NCBI GenBank assembly: GCA_029245865.1
Contig: JAQWOM010000055.1
Coordinates: forward strand, 73,976-137,975
Source: Planctomycetota bacterium
GTDB lineage: Bacteria; Planctomycetota; B15-G4
Direction of reading: 5' to 3'
Length of the DNA stretch: 64,000 nt
Below the pieces are notes generated by a model. That model searched no databases and was not told the origin of the DNA. It saw only the letters and a list, made by a program, of their open reading frames with translations. The translations under genes and the position numbers were made by a program. This document shows, one piece after another, positions 1 to 9,885 of the stretch. Every line of letters begins with the position of its first letter. Within the stretch, counting starts at the first letter, position 1.

Positions 1-39
1 CGACCACTCTGCCACCCCTCCGTCGGGTACATACGGAGC

Positions 40-480
40 TCAGTCGCCCAGATCCTCTCCAGATTCGGGCTCTGGCTCCACGACTCCAATCTCATCCAGG
101 ATCTCATCCGACGCGAAGAGCGTACTCTTGACTCCGGTCGCGATGGCCACAGCATCAGAGGGCCGAGCGTCGAGCGAGAAGGTATTCCCGTCGGGAGCCT
201 CAAAGTTCATGCGGGCATAGAAAACCTCATTCTTCAGCGAAGTCACCTCGACGCTGACGAGATTTAACCCCGCAGCCTCGATCAGGGAGGCGAACAGATC
301 GTGAGTCATGGGTCGTCGCATCGGCACGCCATGAACCTTGCGATAGATCTCTGCCATCTCATTCTGGTGGATGATGATGGGAAAGACCCGGTTGCCCTCA
401 CACTCGCGGAGGTACATGTGGCACTCGGGAGTCCTGTCCGATCGGATGATCCTGCAGAGTTCGACCCGTTTCATGCCCAT
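40..480 (-). CDS. Bifunctional nuclease (BFN/DUF151) domain protein. I chose the internal start MGMKRVEL; the first-Met ORF would run to 591 and overlap the downstream gene.
   Basis: The translation contains RPMTHDL and a PIIIHQNEMAEI-like core typical of the DUF151/BFN family. The internal Met removes a 57-nt overlap with the yjeF-like gene. Confidence 0.55.
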   Translation of the reverse strand: MGMKRVELCRIIRSDRTPECHMYLRECEGNRVFPIIIHQNEMAEIYRKVHGVPMRRPMTHDLFASLIEAAGLNLVSVEVTSLKNEVFYARMNFEAPDGNTFSLDARPSDAVAIATGVKSTLFASDEILDEIGVVEPEPESGEDLGD

Positions 481-534
481 ACGGGCGAGTATAGCGTCGA
501 GAGCCCCTTGTCCCTGCACCCGTCCTGGAGCTGA

Positions 535-1428
535 TTGCACATGAAGGCGCTCTCTCTTCCACACCACCCCGAACGGCCTGCTGACAGCCACAAGGGGCAG
601 TGGGGTCGCGTGCTCGTCATCGCAGGGTCCACGCGCTATCCGGGCGCGGCCATCCTCGCGGCGCAGGGGGCCGGGCGTGCTGGAGCCGGACTCGTGGAAC
701 TCGCTGTCCCGAAAGGCCTCGGGGCCATGGTCCTCCCTGCGGTTCCCTTTGCCATCTTGCGCGAGGAGCCCCTCGAGGCAGGAGGTGGCTTCAGTTCAAC
801 GGCCGGCTTCGGGCTGCTCGAGGCGGCCGCTCTTGCGGATGCCGTGGTGCTGGGTCCGGGGCTCGGAACGGCCGAGCCGACCTTGCGACTGCTTGAGATC
901 TTGCTTGAAGGCATCTCGGCCCCCCTGATCTTGGATGCCGATGGCTTGAATCTGCTGGCCGCTCTCGGGGTCGACGCCCTCCACTCGCGGCCGGGCCCAA
1001 CCATCCTCACGCCCCATCCGGGCGAATTCGCCCGACTGGAGGGAGGGGGCGTGCCCCCGGAAGCTGAGCGAACCGCCCGCGCCGGGCGCTTGGCCACTCA
1101 CCTGGAGGCCCTCGTCGTCCTCAAGGGGCGGGGCACGGTGGTCACCGACGGTGACCGCGTCTATGTCGAGTCGGCAGGCAACCCAGGCATGGCCACCGGG
1201 GGCATGGGCGACGTCCTCAGCGGCATCCTCGGAGCTCTCTTGGCCGTGATCTCGGAGCCTGCCGAGGCCGCAGCCCTGGCGGTCCACCTCCATGCGCTCG
1301 CCGGCGATCTGGCCGCGCAAGAGCTCGGGCAAGAGGCCCTCTTGCCCGGTGATGTCGTGGAGAGGTACGGCCGCGCCCTGCGCGGCTGGCGTCAGGGCCT
1401 CGAGGGGCTGGGGGAGCCAAAGCACTGA
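535..1428 (+). CDS. nnrD: ADP-dependent NAD(P)H-hydrate dehydratase (YjeF C-terminal / Nnr2 family)
   Basis: It has the KGQWGRVLVIAGS motif (KGxxGxVLVIGGS-like), HPGEFARL, and a C-terminal GNPGMATGGMGDVLSG carbohydrate-kinase-fold signature. Confidence 0.75.
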   Translation: MHMKALSLPHHPERPADSHKGQWGRVLVIAGSTRYPGAAILAAQGAGRAGAGLVELAVPKGLGAMVLPAVPFAILREEPLEAGGGFSSTAGFGLLEAAALADAVVLGPGLGTAEPTLRLLEILLEGISAPLILDADGLNLLAALGVDALHSRPGPTILTPHPGEFARLEGGGVPPEAERTARAGRLATHLEALVVLKGRGTVVTDGDRVYVESAGNPGMATGGMGDVLSGILGALLAVISEPAEAAALAVHLHALAGDLAAQELGQEALLPGDVVERYGRALRGWRQGLEGLGEPKH

Positions 1429-1496
1429 TGGCCCGAATCGGATATCCTGACGGCGTTTGCCGGTTCCATCGACCTTTCTTTGAGTGAGCCCAGCCT

Positions 1497-4400
1497 GTGC
1501 CGCGCCGCGACGATCTCAATCGAATCCTCATCGTAGGAGCAGGCCCAATCGTGATCGGGCAAGCCTGCGAGTTCGATTATTCAGGAACGCAGGCCTGCAA
1601 GTCGCTTCGCGAAGAGGGCTACGAAGTCATTCTCGCGAACAGCAACCCGGCCACAATCATGACGGACCCGGAGTTTGCGAACCGAACGTACATCGAGCCC
1701 GTGACGGTCGAAACCGTCGCACGCATCATCGAGCGCGAAAAGCCCGATGCGATCTTGCCAACGCTTGGTGGGCAAACGGCTCTTAACGTGGCAGTTGGAT
1801 TGCACGAAGCCGGCGTGCTCGACGAGTTCAACGTTGAGATGATTGGCGCAAACTACGACGTCATTCAAAAAGCCGAAGATCGCAGCCGCTTCAAGGCTGC
1901 CATGGCAGTCGTGGGGGCGAGCGTCCCTGCCTCGGGTGTTGCGCACTCGATGGACGAAGCTCGCCAGGTTGTGGCTGAAATCGGACTCCCGGTTGTCATC
2001 CGGCCAGGCTTCACGATGGGCGGTAGTGGTGGCGGGATTGCCTACAACCCGGAAGAGTTCGAGGCGATTTCGAAGCGCGGACTGAATCTGTCACTCAACT
2101 CCGAAATCCTCGTCGAGAAGTCGATCGCGGGCTGGAAGGAATACGAGCTCGAGGTGATGCGCGACCGCAAAGACAATGTGGTCATCGTTTGCTCCATCGA
2201 AAACCTGGACCCGATGGGCATACACACCGGCGACTCCATCACCGTGGCCCCTCAACAGACGCTCACCGACCGCGAATACCAGGAGATGCGGGACGAGTCC
2301 ATCGCGATCATCCGTGAAATCGGCGTCGAAACAGGTGGAAGCAACATCCAGTTCGCGGTCAATCCCGAGACGGGCGACAGGATCGTCATCGAGGTGAACC
2401 CACGCGTTTCGCGAAGCTCTGCACTGGCTTCAAAAGCCACGGGCTTCCCGATCGCAAAGATGGCGGCCAAGCTGGCTGTGGGCTACAGCCTCGATGAAAT
2501 CAACAACGACATTACGCGGAAAACTCCAGCCTGCTTCGAGCCCACCATCGATTACGTCGTGGTGAAAGTGCCCCGCTTCGCCTTTGAAAAATTTCCGGAA
2601 GCAGACCCAACGCTCGGAACGCAGATGAAGTCGGTCGGCGAGACGATGGCGATTGGCCGCAACTTCAAAGAGGCTTTGCAAAAAGCGCTTCGCGGACTCG
2701 AGACAGGGCTCTGCGGACTTGGACTCAAGAAGGGCGACCCGGCCCTTCCAAGTTCACCGCGCCACCTAAAAACGCCCACCAAGCGCGACCTCCGGCGCGA
2801 TCTCGGACAGCCGGTTCAGGAGCGCCTTCAAACCGTGCGCATAGCGATGCGCTCGGGCGTTTCGCTTGAAGAGATCTACCAGATCACTCGGATCGACCGG
2901 TGGTTTCTGAAACACCTGCAGGAACTCATAGAGCTCGAAAATGAAATGCTCGAGTTCCGCTCATTCGAAGACGTCCCAGCGAATGCGCTTGCTCGATTCA
3001 AAGAGGCTGGGTTCTCGGATCAGCAAATTGCCAACGTCTTCGGAACAGAGTCTGCGCGCGTTCGTCTTCGCCGGCACGAACTCGGATTGACCCCTGTATA
3101 CAAGCGCATTGACACCTGCGCGGCTGAGTTCGAATCGTTCACCCCCTATCTTTACTCGACATACGAACAAGAGTCGGAGGTCGAAGAGTCAGACAAGACC
3201 AAGATCATGGTGATCGGTGGAGGCCCGAACCGTATCGGGCAGGGGATCGAGTTCGATTACTGCTGCGTTCAAGCCTGCATGCGTCTGCGTGAACAGGGTT
3301 ACGAGATCATCATGGTCAACAGTAACCCCGAGACCGTGTCGACCGACTTCGATACCTCTGACCAGCTGTTCTTCGAACCCGTGACCATTGAAGACGTGCT
3401 GCACATTCATGCGACTCAGCCGGTGTACGGATCCATCATTCAGTTCGGCGGCCAGACACCGCTCAACATTGCGCAGGGCTTGCAGCATGCAGGAGTGCGC
3501 ATCCTGGGCACCTCACCCGATTCCATCGACATGGTCGAGGACCGCGAACGGTTCAGTGCGATGCTCGAGCGGCTCGAGATTCCCCAGCCGCGCAACGGCA
3601 TGGCCACCAACGCCGAAGAGGCAGAAGAGGTCGCCTCACGCATCGGATACCCGGTCGTTGTTCGCCCGTCTTACGTGCTTGGCGGGCGAGGCATGGACAT
3701 CGTGTACGACCGTCGTTCATTGGTTTCGTGGATCGAAACCGCTGTTGAGGCCTCGCCTTCGCATCCCGTCCTTGTCGACGAGTTCCTTGAGAATGCCATT
3801 GAGGTCGATGTCGACGCCGTCTACGACGGCAAGCACTGCGTCATCGGCGGCATCATGGAACACGTCGAGCCAGCGGGCATTCACTCCGGTGACAGTGTCT
3901 GTGTGCTTCCGCCGTTTTCACTCACCGAAGCGCTCCAGAAAACCATCCGCGAATACACCGCCCAACTGGCCGAGGCCGCCTCTGTGCGAGGCGTGATGAA
4001 CATTCAGTACGCCGTGAAGGACGGCAAGGTGTTCGTGCTTGAGGTCAACCCGCGTGCAAGTCGCACGGTGCCCTTTGTCTCGAAAGCCATCGGCACTTCG
4101 CTAGCAGGCGTCGCCGCGCGCGTCATGGCCGGTGAAACTCTCGACGAGATTGGCTTCACCGAAGAAATCATCCCGCCCCACTTCTCCGTCAAAGCGCCCG
4201 TCTTTCCGTTTGCCAAGTTCCACGGAACCGACATCATCCTGGGCCCAGAGATGAAGTCGACGGGTGAGGTCATGGGCATTGACGAGGATCTCGGCTGTGC
4301 CATCTTCAAGGCATTCGACGGAGCCGGACGGACGCTCCCTCTTCAGGGTGCGGTGTTGTTCTCTGTTCGCGACCGTGACAAGTATGCGTGCATACGCGTT

Positions 4401-4787
4401 GCGGGCGCATTCCACAAGCTGGGCTTCTCTGTTCTGGCAACACCCGGAACTTGCGCGGCGCTCGTCGAGGCAGGCATTCCGGCGGAGTCTGTCTTCAAGC
4501 GAGGTGAAGGCCGACCTGATGTGACCGACATCATTGCCAACAACCAGGTTCAGCTGGTCATCAACACACCAACAGATGACCGCTTGGCTCGAGATGATGA
4601 AAAGGCCATCCGCACAACGGCGCTCATGCGTGACATTCCCACGTTGACATCGATTTTTGGTGCGAGCATCACGGCCACCGCAATCGAGTCCATGCGACGC
4701 ATCGGACTGCGCGTTCAGTCCATGCAAGAGTTCCACGCAAACACGGGGTCTAAGGGCACAAAGGGCGCAAACCAAACGACTGCGTGA
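1497..4787 (+). CDS. carB: Carbamoyl-phosphate synthase large subunit
   Basis: The protein is 1096 aa. The N-terminus [25 protein letters not shown], the duplicated ATP-grasp halves (second half [22 protein letters not shown]) and the MGS-like C-terminus are all diagnostic. Confidence 0.97.
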   Translation: MPRRDDLNRILIVGAGPIVIGQACEFDYSGTQACKSLREEGYEVILANSNPATIMTDPEFANRTYIEPVTVETVARIIEREKPDAILPTLGGQTALNVAVGLHEAGVLDEFNVEMIGANYDVIQKAEDRSRFKAAMAVVGASVPASGVAHSMDEARQVVAEIGLPVVIRPGFTMGGSGGGIAYNPEEFEAISKRGLNLSLNSEILVEKSIAGWKEYELEVMRDRKDNVVIVCSIENLDPMGIHTGDSITVAPQQTLTDREYQEMRDESIAIIREIGVETGGSNIQFAVNPETGDRIVIEVNPRVSRSSALASKATGFPIAKMAAKLAVGYSLDEINNDITRKTPACFEPTIDYVVVKVPRFAFEKFPEADPTLGTQMKSVGETMAIGRNFKEALQKALRGLETGLCGLGLKKGDPALPSSPRHLKTPTKRDLRRDLGQPVQERLQTVRIAMRSGVSLEEIYQITRIDRWFLKHLQELIELENEMLEFRSFEDVPANALARFKEAGFSDQQIANVFGTESARVRLRRHELGLTPVYKRIDTCAAEFESFTPYLYSTYEQESEVEESDKTKIMVIGGGPNRIGQGIEFDYCCVQACMRLREQGYEIIMVNSNPETVSTDFDTSDQLFFEPVTIEDVLHIHATQPVYGSIIQFGGQTPLNIAQGLQHAGVRILGTSPDSIDMVEDRERFSAMLERLEIPQPRNGMATNAEEAEEVASRIGYPVVVRPSYVLGGRGMDIVYDRRSLVSWIETAVEASPSHPVLVDEFLENAIEVDVDAVYDGKHCVIGGIMEHVEPAGIHSGDSVCVLPPFSLTEALQKTIREYTAQLAEAASVRGVMNIQYAVKDGKVFVLEVNPRASRTVPFVSKAIGTSLAGVAARVMAGETLDEIGFTEEIIPPHFSVKAPVFPFAKFHGTDIILGPEMKSTGEVMGIDEDLGCAIFKAFDGAGRTLPLQGAVLFSVRDRDKYACIRVAGAFHKLGFSVLATPGTCAALVEAGIPAESVFKRGEGRPDVTDIIANNQVQLVINTPTDDRLARDDEKAIRTTALMRDIPTLTSIFGASITATAIESMRRIGLRVQSMQEFHANTGSKGTKGANQTTA

Positions 4788-4800
4788 CCCCGGGTCACGC
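4782..4800. terminator. Perfect 8-bp inverted repeat with a 3-nt loop (gcgtgacc-ccg-ggtcacgc) overlapping the carB stop codon. It is a possible bidirectional terminator between the convergent carB and the GspM-like gene.
   Basis: I read the palindrome directly in the sequence. The stem is GC-rich, but the downstream T-run is weak (agtttgtcg), so this is not a classic intrinsic terminator. Confidence 0.3.
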
Positions 4801-4811
4801 CCGAAGAGCTG

Positions 4812-5336
4812 TCAGTTTGTCGTCGCCCGCCGCTCGGTGACCTCAATCAGCGGGCTCCAGTCGTCGTCCGTGGCGCCTCTGCGACTGGATTCATCGAGTT
4901 TGATTCGCGTGACTTTCATCAGCGTGGTTTTCGCTTCGATGTAGATAAGAAAAACGCCAAGCGTTTCACGGTCGAAGTCGAAGTTGCTCTGGGTGGGCTT
5001 CAAGCTCCACACCTTGTCCCAGTACGTGTCGTAGTCATCGACTGTGCCGGGGTCGATTCGGAATTTCTTGCCGATCTTGCTCTTCACTTCCTGAGATTCG
5101 AGGTAATCAAACGGCTTCATGCCGCCCGCAATCTCATCGTCTCGGATCGCCGAGCGAAGTGCGTAAATTTCCGTTGCCGTCTTTCCGATGAACGCCAGCT
5201 GACTTTCTGCTGTAGGAAGCGCCGCACTGAGTTCCTTTGCGGTGCTGCGTTGCCAGATGATGACCCCAACGCCGCCCAGGATGAGCGCCGCCATGAAGGC
5301 CAACAAACCCTTCTCGAAATCCCATTCGATGTTCAT
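4812..5336 (-). CDS. Small bitopic membrane protein, GspM/PilO-like (N-terminal TM helix plus periplasmic domain). It is translationally coupled to the upstream GspL/PilMN-like gene.
   Basis: It has a single N-terminal TM helix (LLAFMAALILGGVGVIIW) followed by a soluble domain. Its start overlaps the stop of the 540-aa actin-like/TM protein by 4 nt. The size (174 aa) and topology match GspM/PilO. I have no sequence-level proof. Confidence 0.35.
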   Translation of the reverse strand: MNIEWDFEKGLLAFMAALILGGVGVIIWQRSTAKELSAALPTAESQLAFIGKTATEIYALRSAIRDDEIAGGMKPFDYLESQEVKSKIGKKFRIDPGTVDDYDTYWDKVWSLKPTQSNFDFDRETLGVFLIYIEAKTTLMKVTRIKLDESSRRGATDDDWSPLIEVTERRATTN

Positions 5337-6955
5337 GTGGAGGAGGCCTCCTTGCGAGCTTCAAGAACATCGAGGTCGAGCGTGACCGTTGTCTCTCCGA
5401 ATGAAGTCATGCCATTGGGAGTTGGGCTCGCGGCTCCCTCATCAATCTCCGTGTACAGCGGGTCGTCTGCGAGCATTTCCAACAGATCACTGTACTTGGA
5501 GGCGCTCTCCATGATTCCGCTGAAGCTGATGTAGGGATTCCGGCTGCTCACGCTGATGTCGAGGCTCTTCAGATCAAGGCGACCCAGCCCTTTTTCGTTT
5601 GCCTTGACGAGCTTTGAAAGCTCGATCCACGCGTGCAGTGCGGAATGCTGCTCTGGGATATAGGCACTTCGCCCGAGCTGACGCGCTACGTCTTCTTTGA
5701 GCTGGTCAACGGCAAGTGTTACGGCGGTCACTCTCGCCGGGCCGAATTCTGCCCGCTCCCAAACCGCCCGAGCCGCATCATTGTCTTCCATGAGCTCTTC
5801 AAGGTTCAGCTGCGCTGACGACAGCAGGTGGCTGTACTCATCTTCAACTTTTCGAACTCGAGAGATCGCATCGATACATCCCAATGCGACAACGAGGAAA
5901 AGCATGAAAGACATGACGATCAGAGGCGACTTCACCTGGTCGAATTTACGTGTGTACGCGCATTCGTCTCGGCGGAAGTCGGTCTCTGTGATGTTCAGTC
6001 CGTTGAGCTTGTAAGCCAGTCCGAGTGCAACCCCTATGTCCGGCCCGTAGCGCTCGGCATCCTCCTCGGACAGCTTGTGATCCACATAGGACAGAAGATC
6101 CAAAGGCTGAGCATCGACGCCAAAGGCCTCGCTCACCGCCCCCAGAAAACCAGGAATTCGGCTGCCCGAGCCACTTGCGTGCACGGCCTCAAGGCCCTCG
6201 AACCCCGAGAGTGTTGTCAGGGTGCGGCGAATTTCACGCTTCAGGCGACTCAAGTAGTCATGAGTTCGCGCTGCCTCGACCTCTTGGTCTTCAGCAAGCG
6301 CTGCATCACTCGACGCATGAAGACCATGCGTCCCAAGTCGCAGTGAGCGCACCGAGTAGAGCTGCCCATCGACCAGAAACATCAAGTTCGTTGATGCGTC
6401 CTGTGCGTGAACCACAACAGAAACGGCATGCTCGGCGGCCACTCCCGTCGCAGTGAGTGCATGCAACAAAGCAAACGAATCGACGTCCACGAACATCGGG
6501 TCGAGATTGGCGCCGTCCAGAATGTCCAATCGATCGAGAAGGTCTTCCTTCTTGACTGCCGCCACCAAAATCCGGCTTCTGTCGCGCGACTTTCGAAGAA
6601 CAAGGTGCTGCATGATGACATCATCGATGTCGAGAGGGATGTGGCTCTCCGCCTCGAATCTGACGACCTTGTTCACCTGATCATCGTTCGTAAAAGGAAG
6701 GTCAAACTCTCGGAAGAGCGCGCTGCTTGCGTCATAAGCCATCCCGCAAGGATCTGACGTAAAGCCACACTCCTTCATCGCCGTCGCGATGGCATCGGCA
6801 CGCAAATCATCGGCTTCCAAATCATCTTCGCCGGTGGTCTGCACGCGGAGGTCAACCTCCTCCACGCCCAACACGCGCAGCCGCTTACCCGCCCCCTCAA
6901 ACTCCATGAGTCGAAGGCAAGTGCTGCTGTAGTCAATCGCGGTCTGAGTGGCCAT
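5333..6955 (-). CDS. GspL-like / PilM-PilN fusion-like inner-membrane platform protein (cytoplasmic actin-like ATPase-fold domain, one TM helix, periplasmic domain)
   Basis: The N-terminus AIDYSSTCLRLMEFE resembles the PilM/FtsA-like GxDxGS start. The LDPMFVDVDSFALLHAL block is PilM-like. A TM helix (PLIVMSFMLFLVVALGCI) near residue 345 is followed by a coiled-coil periplasmic region, as in GspL or PilN. Confidence 0.55.
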   Translation of the reverse strand: MATQTAIDYSSTCLRLMEFEGAGKRLRVLGVEEVDLRVQTTGEDDLEADDLRADAIATAMKECGFTSDPCGMAYDASSALFREFDLPFTNDDQVNKVVRFEAESHIPLDIDDVIMQHLVLRKSRDRSRILVAAVKKEDLLDRLDILDGANLDPMFVDVDSFALLHALTATGVAAEHAVSVVVHAQDASTNLMFLVDGQLYSVRSLRLGTHGLHASSDAALAEDQEVEAARTHDYLSRLKREIRRTLTTLSGFEGLEAVHASGSGSRIPGFLGAVSEAFGVDAQPLDLLSYVDHKLSEEDAERYGPDIGVALGLAYKLNGLNITETDFRRDECAYTRKFDQVKSPLIVMSFMLFLVVALGCIDAISRVRKVEDEYSHLLSSAQLNLEELMEDNDAARAVWERAEFGPARVTAVTLAVDQLKEDVARQLGRSAYIPEQHSALHAWIELSKLVKANEKGLGRLDLKSLDISVSSRNPYISFSGIMESASKYSDLLEMLADDPLYTEIDEGAASPTPNGMTSFGETTVTLDLDVLEARKEASST

Positions 6956-7014
6956 GCAAAGAGTCTGGGGGAGGGGCTCCGAGAGAGCCGATGTTAGAGG
7001 TCGACGTCAGCCGT

Positions 7015-7353
7015 TCAATCGCGAGTCAATTCGAGATATTGACTTCGCTGTGTCTCATCCAGAACTGCCAGGATTTTAGTCTCTGTTTGATCCAGGCTTT
7101 CCGCCAGTGGGCCCCGAAGCTGCTCTCTCTGCCTCTCCACGAGCGACTCAACCTGTGCGTCGTGGGCCGTCAGAAGGCGATCGATCTGCTCGACCTGCTC
7201 TGCCCGAAGGCCGAGCTGGTCGATAAGTCGTGGGAGGTGCTTGCCTCCGGAGGCTGCCGGGACCGCGCTTCGCTCGCCCGCCACATAGCCCAGAGCTGCG
7301 CACAAACCACACAGAACAAGTGCGATTCCAAGGACAGGGCCGGAGCGATTCAC
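7015..7353 (-). CDS. Periplasmic Spy/CpxP-like (LTXXQ-motif) protein
   Basis: It has a signal peptide, is a helical protein of about 110 aa, and contains an LTAHDAQ (LTXXQ) motif. Its start overlaps the anti-sigma stop by 4 nt. Confidence 0.45.
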   Translation of the reverse strand: MNRSGPVLGIALVLCGLCAALGYVAGERSAVPAASGGKHLPRLIDQLGLRAEQVEQIDRLLTAHDAQVESLVERQREQLRGPLAESLDQTETKILAVLDETQRSQYLELTRD

Positions 7354-7898
7354 TGGTCACCCCCAGGCTCTTCGAGTCCTTCTGAATCACCTCCGAGAGG
7401 CGCCACATCCGGAAGCAGAACCTGTAAAGCTCCGTCGAGATCCGGAGCCGCGAAGGGGTCGGGGTGGAGCGTGTCGATCTGGTGCTCCTGGCGGGCAAGT
7501 TCATCGTCCGCCGCAGCCCCGGTGGGGAAGGTCATATCCATCGCAACGGTCAAACCGAGCAGCAACGCCGCCGCGATGGCGAGCCGGCGCAACAGCGGCA
7601 AGACATCACCGCCTCGAGCAAGCAGGCGTCGCCTGTTAAGCACTCGATCCGTGAAACCCGGTGAAGTCTGACGCGCAGGCTCGCTTGAAAGAAGGTCGCC
7701 CAGTGCAGCAAAGTCACCAAGCGCCTCCCGGCAAGCGGGATGGGAGCTTGCCCATGCCTCGGCTCGCTCTACAGCGCGAGGGTCCAAGCGTCGACCATCG
7801 CGCTGAAGGCTGAGAATCAACGTGCAAAGCTCATCGCTCATCGGCTCATCTGGACCGATCGCGGTCATGGATTCAAAAGGGGGGTCAGAATCGGTCAT
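7350..7898 (-). CDS. Membrane-anchored anti-sigma factor (zf-HC2-like N-terminus, one TM helix)
   Basis: It has an HPACREALGDF putative zinc-finger motif and a TM helix LAIAAALLLGLTVAM. It lies immediately downstream of an ECF sigma gene. Confidence 0.5.
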   Translation of the reverse strand: MTDSDPPFESMTAIGPDEPMSDELCTLILSLQRDGRRLDPRAVERAEAWASSHPACREALGDFAALGDLLSSEPARQTSPGFTDRVLNRRRLLARGGDVLPLLRRLAIAAALLLGLTVAMDMTFPTGAAADDELARQEHQIDTLHPDPFAAPDLDGALQVLLPDVAPLGGDSEGLEEPGGDQ

Positions 7899-7919
7899 CT
7901 CAGGTTCGTCCAGTTGCAG

Positions 7920-8492
7920 TCAGTCCGATTGTTCCTTCGGTAAGTCTGCGAGCAGAAGCGCGCGGAGCTTTGTGCGCGCCCGGAAGATCCGAGACTCCAC
8001 AGTTCCGATGGAAATCTCGAGGATTCCCGCCACCTCTTCGTACGTGTGGCCTTCCATCTCGCGCAGGATAAGTGTGGTCCTGAAGGGCTCGGGGAGGCGC
8101 TCCATAGCTTCGCGAACGCGGACTCGCAGTTCGTCCCTCTCGAGACCCTCGAGTGGCCCGCAGTCCCCTGAGGGCGGGTCCACAGCACCCGCGGGCAGGC
8201 TCTCGAGAGAGATGGCCGGGCGACGTCGCCTGTGGGCCACATAGTCTCGAGCCGTGTTGACGCCGATGCGGTAGAGCCAGGTGTAGAGTGCGGATTGCCC
8301 GGCGAAACGCCCGATGGCATTGAACGCCTTGAGAAAAGTCTCCTGGGCGAGATCTTCGGCGTCGGCGTAACCACCGGCCACGCGCGCAACAACGGTGATG
8401 ATGCGGTCCTGGTAGGTCTCGACCAACTCACGATAGGCATCCTCATCGCCCGCCCGGAGCTGGTCTACGAGACGGGTGTCGTCTGCGTTCAT
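7920..8492 (-). CDS. ECF (sigma-70 family, group 4) RNA polymerase sigma factor, RpoE-like
   Basis: Region 2 (DLAQETFLKAF...YTWLYRIGVNTARDY) and region 4 (LPEPFRTTLILREMEGHTYEEVAGILEISIGTVESRIFRAR) are both present. Confidence 0.9.
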   Translation of the reverse strand: MNADDTRLVDQLRAGDEDAYRELVETYQDRIITVVARVAGGYADAEDLAQETFLKAFNAIGRFAGQSALYTWLYRIGVNTARDYVAHRRRRPAISLESLPAGAVDPPSGDCGPLEGLERDELRVRVREAMERLPEPFRTTLILREMEGHTYEEVAGILEISIGTVESRIFRARTKLRALLLADLPKEQSD

Positions 8493-8510
8493 TCCGAGCT
8501 TCCGCGTTGG

Positions 8511-8536
8511 GTGCGACTTGGACGCCGAGGGAAGAG
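8511..8536 (-). promoter_or_regulatory. Candidate autoregulated ECF-type promoter (GGAAT-N17-CGTC on the minus strand) upstream of the ECF sigma gene
   Basis: On the minus strand I read GGAAT (complement of 8536..8532), then 17 nt, then CGTC (complement of 8514..8511). This resembles the SigE-type consensus GGAAC-N16/17-CGTC/GTCT. The leader to the start codon at 8492 would be short. Confidence 0.3.
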
Positions 8537-8607
8537 GCTGTATTCCTTCTTGCTAGAATCGGCCTCAAACGGCCGAATACGGACAGTATCGGCTCGATTG
8601 CGGCGCT

Positions 8608-9885
8608 TCAGGCCTCGTCATCCAAATCGGAGGGTGGCTCCCCTGGAGCTCGAGGATGCAAATCGAGGTCATGGCCCATCTTGTCCCGTTTGGCTCGCAA
8701 GTAGTCCTCGTTATGGGCACCCGGCTCCATCTGCAGCGGAACACGTTCTGCGATTTGAAGCCCGTAGCCTCGCATCGCGTGATACTTGGCCGGATTGTTG
8801 GTGAGCAACTTGAGCTGTCGGACCCCGAGATCCCGCAAGATCTGCGCCCCCACCCCGTAATCCCGGACATCCACCGGCAAGCCCAGCGCTTCATTTGCTT
8901 CGACGGTGTCGAGTCCTTGCGTTTGTTGCAGGTGGTACGCCTTCAGCTTGTTCGACAGCCCGATCCCACGACCTTCCTGTGCTCGCATGTACAGCACAGC
9001 GCCCTTTTTCTCTGCCGCCACCTGCGCAAGCGCCGCCGACAACTGATCTCCGCAATCGCAACGTAAAGATCCAAGAACATCGCCGGTCAAACACTCACTG
9101 TGAACGCGCACGAGCACGGGCTCTTCGGCACCAGAAACAACCCCCGGCTCCAGGCCTCCCTGGGTCATCACAAGGTGCTCGCTCTGGTCCTCCTTGGATC
9201 GATACAGATGGCAACGGAAATCGCCATGGCGCGTCGGCAGGTCAACCGAAACAACATGGTCAATCAGCCGTTCTGTTTGCCTGCGGTGACTGATGATGTC
9301 GGCCACCGAGACCACGCACAGCTTGTGCTCTTCAGCAAAGGAAAGCAGGTCTGGGAGGCGCGCCATGGTCCCGTCGTCGTTCATGATCTCGCACACGACG
9401 GCTGCCGGACGTTCTCCGGCAAGGCGCGCAAGGTCTACAGCCCCTTCGGTGTGGCCTGCCCGGCGAAGAACGCCACCTGACATGGCCCGCAGTGGAAACA
9501 CGTGCCCGGGTCGCGAAAGGTCGGCAGGCCCCGAGGCCTCGTCCGCAGCAACCTGAATCGTGCGGGCACGGTCCGCCGCAGAGATGCCCGTGGTGACTCC
9601 CGTCCGCGCCTCGATAGACACCGTGAAAGCGGTGCTTCTGCGTGAGGTGTTGTGGTCGACCTGCAACGGCAGGTCGAGAGCATCCGCGATCGATTTCTCC
9701 ATCGGCATGCAGATCAACCCACGGGCATGACGCGCCATGAAGTTCACGAGATCTGCCGTCACGTGAGTCGCAAGGCAGACGAGATCCCCTTCATTCTCAC
9801 GGTCCTCGTCATCGACGAGGACAATCATGCGCCCCGCCTTCAGCTCCTCGAGGGCGTGCGAGATGGCTGCCGATGAGTCGATCAC
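8608..9885 (-). CDS. ribBA: Bifunctional 3,4-dihydroxy-2-butanone-4-phosphate synthase / GTP cyclohydrolase II
   Basis: The DHBP synthase motifs [14 protein letters not shown] and the GTP cyclohydrolase II CxxC..C zinc motifs ([16 protein letters not shown]) are present. The start overlaps the gyrA stop by 4 nt. Confidence 0.95.
   Translation of the reverse strand: MIDSSAAISHALEELKAGRMIVLVDDEDRENEGDLVCLATHVTADLVNFMARHARGLICMPMEKSIADALDLPLQVDHNTSRRSTAFTVSIEARTGVTTGISAADRARTIQVAADEASGPADLSRPGHVFPLRAMSGGVLRRAGHTEGAVDLARLAGERPAAVVCEIMNDDGTMARLPDLLSFAEEHKLCVVSVADIISHRRQTERLIDHVVSVDLPTRHGDFRCHLYRSKEDQSEHLVMTQGGLEPGVVSGAEEPVLVRVHSECLTGDVLGSLRCDCGDQLSAALAQVAAEKKGAVLYMRAQEGRGIGLSNKLKAYHLQQTQGLDTVEANEALGLPVDVRDYGVGAQILRDLGVRQLKLLTNNPAKYHAMRGYGLQIAERVPLQMEPGAHNEDYLRAKRDKMGHDLDLHPRAPGEPPSDLDDEA

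Noticed and set aside
8493-8607. An FMN riboswitch for ribBA
   Set aside because: The ribBA start overlaps the gyrA stop with no leader. The 115-bp region at 8493-8607 lies downstream of ribBA and holds the ECF promoter candidate instead.
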